Origin: Eledone cirrhosa
Lineage: Eukaryota
DNA length: 64,000 nucleotides
Assembly (NCBI GenBank): GCA_964016885.1
Contig: OZ024742.1
Coordinates: forward strand, 131,316,001-131,380,000
Reading direction: 5' to 3'
A model generated the notes under the pieces. That model worked only from the letters and a program-made list of their open reading frames with translations, had not been told where the DNA came from and ran no database searches. Numbering within the stretch: position 1 is the first letter of the stretch; every line of letters begins with the position of its first letter. The position numbers were made by a program, and so were the translations under genes. Shown one piece after another: positions 59,790 through 64,000 of this stretch.

Positions 59790-60864
59790 TAAATAATAAC
59801 CTAATACACAACCACCCACTAACAATCAGTATGCACAAAACACACTCACACACACATCCCAGCCCACCTATAACTCCACCACTGCCCATAACAGAAATTG
59901 TAATTGCCACCTTCCAGAGGACTTGTCCATTGAATAACGAATGTTTGCATTCAAACCTAGTGTACAGGTGCTTTGTTGAGTCGGCCAACCAAACCTGGCA
60001 CTACATAGGCAGCACTGCAAACACCTTCAAAACTCGTTGGTACACGCATCGTTACGCAATAAAGCACCACCAACACCGTTACGTAACGGACTCTCGCCGA
60101 CAAAATTTGGCACTTAAAAGGGAGTAACCGACAATACACCCTTAAATGGACCAACTCTCACATGCTCCTCCATACCGAAGTGGGATGAAAACGTGCCCGT
60201 TGTGTAATAATGAGCTCTTCCATATCCTAAGCTCAAGCCACCAACTACTCAACAACAAAATTGAAAGGTCAATTTTTTGCCAGCATAAACTGAAAGCGAA
60301 ATTCTCACACTTCAAAAATTCTCACACTTCAAACCTTCAACCAACTCCTAACAGTACCTATCTTTCTACCCTAAATAACAATTCGACACCCCTAAAAATA
60401 GACTATATATGAAATTTAATACTTTCTTCCTTCATCTGTTCTCTGGTAAGACTTTCGCCTGTCCACTTCCAAATGCCTCTTAAAATTCTATCTTCCATCT
60501 CTCTCCCTCTACTCATCACAACTTTTAGCACACAACCCTCCTCCCCCTCCCTATACAAATCCTCTCACACCACACTATCTCTTTCTCCTTCTCTCCCTAC
60601 CTCCATACCTTTTCTCTCTCTCTCTCTCTCCCTCTCTTTTGCCCCTCTCTCTCTCTGTTCCTCTATCTTACACTACTACCCCTTATTTCATTTCCTAAGG
60701 TCATTCCAACTTTGTATTTTGAAAACTCGGATGCTACAGTATCTTTCTTGATTGCCTATTATAACATAGTGTAGCAATAATGGACTGAAATTCTGATGAA
60801 ACAATTGTTAATACGTGGATTAAATTCTTTTGTAACTGTTTACCTTCGTCCTATTTCTCTTCTT

Positions 60865-60867
<3 letters not shown>
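59790..60867 (+). pseudogene. Decayed 3' fragment of a different PLE (GIY-YIG)
   Basis: CPLNNECLHSNLVYRC...HYIGSTANTFKTRWYTH followed by a frameshifted CPLCNNE. The CT-rich UTR ends in (TA)n. Confidence 0.8.

Positions 60868-64000
<3,133 letters not shown>

Overview
Repeat-saturated animal genomic DNA with no recognisable host gene. The SINE families and extreme (TA)n content suggest an octopod cephalopod (inference). About a third of the window is (TA)n-derived sequence, including a ~16 kb G-punctuated array (31.5-47.6 kb) interrupted by a 5'-truncated CR1-group LINE, and nearly all long ORFs in the track are microsatellite artefacts. The one intact long CDS is a 1210-aa Penelope-like element (PLE) protein (48476-52108, minus) with RT, a Cys-rich linker, a C-terminal GIY-YIG and an Asn-rich insert. 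A near-identical inverted 5'-truncated copy lies at 57281-58808. There are also decayed PLE, RTE, mariner and SINE copies. The main finding is a set of about ten mostly unrelated non-coding 0.2-2 kb elements, each embedded in (TA)n and built from inverted and/or partial tandem repeats. Most carry a type I hammerhead ribozyme (HHR) motif, several with enlarged stem II. In the 553-bp tandem/inverted array (27853-29862) the inverted arm starts at the predicted self-cleavage site. Together these suggest a (TA)n-targeted system of an autonomous PLE plus retrozyme-like non-autonomous partners. All folds and alignments were done by eye.
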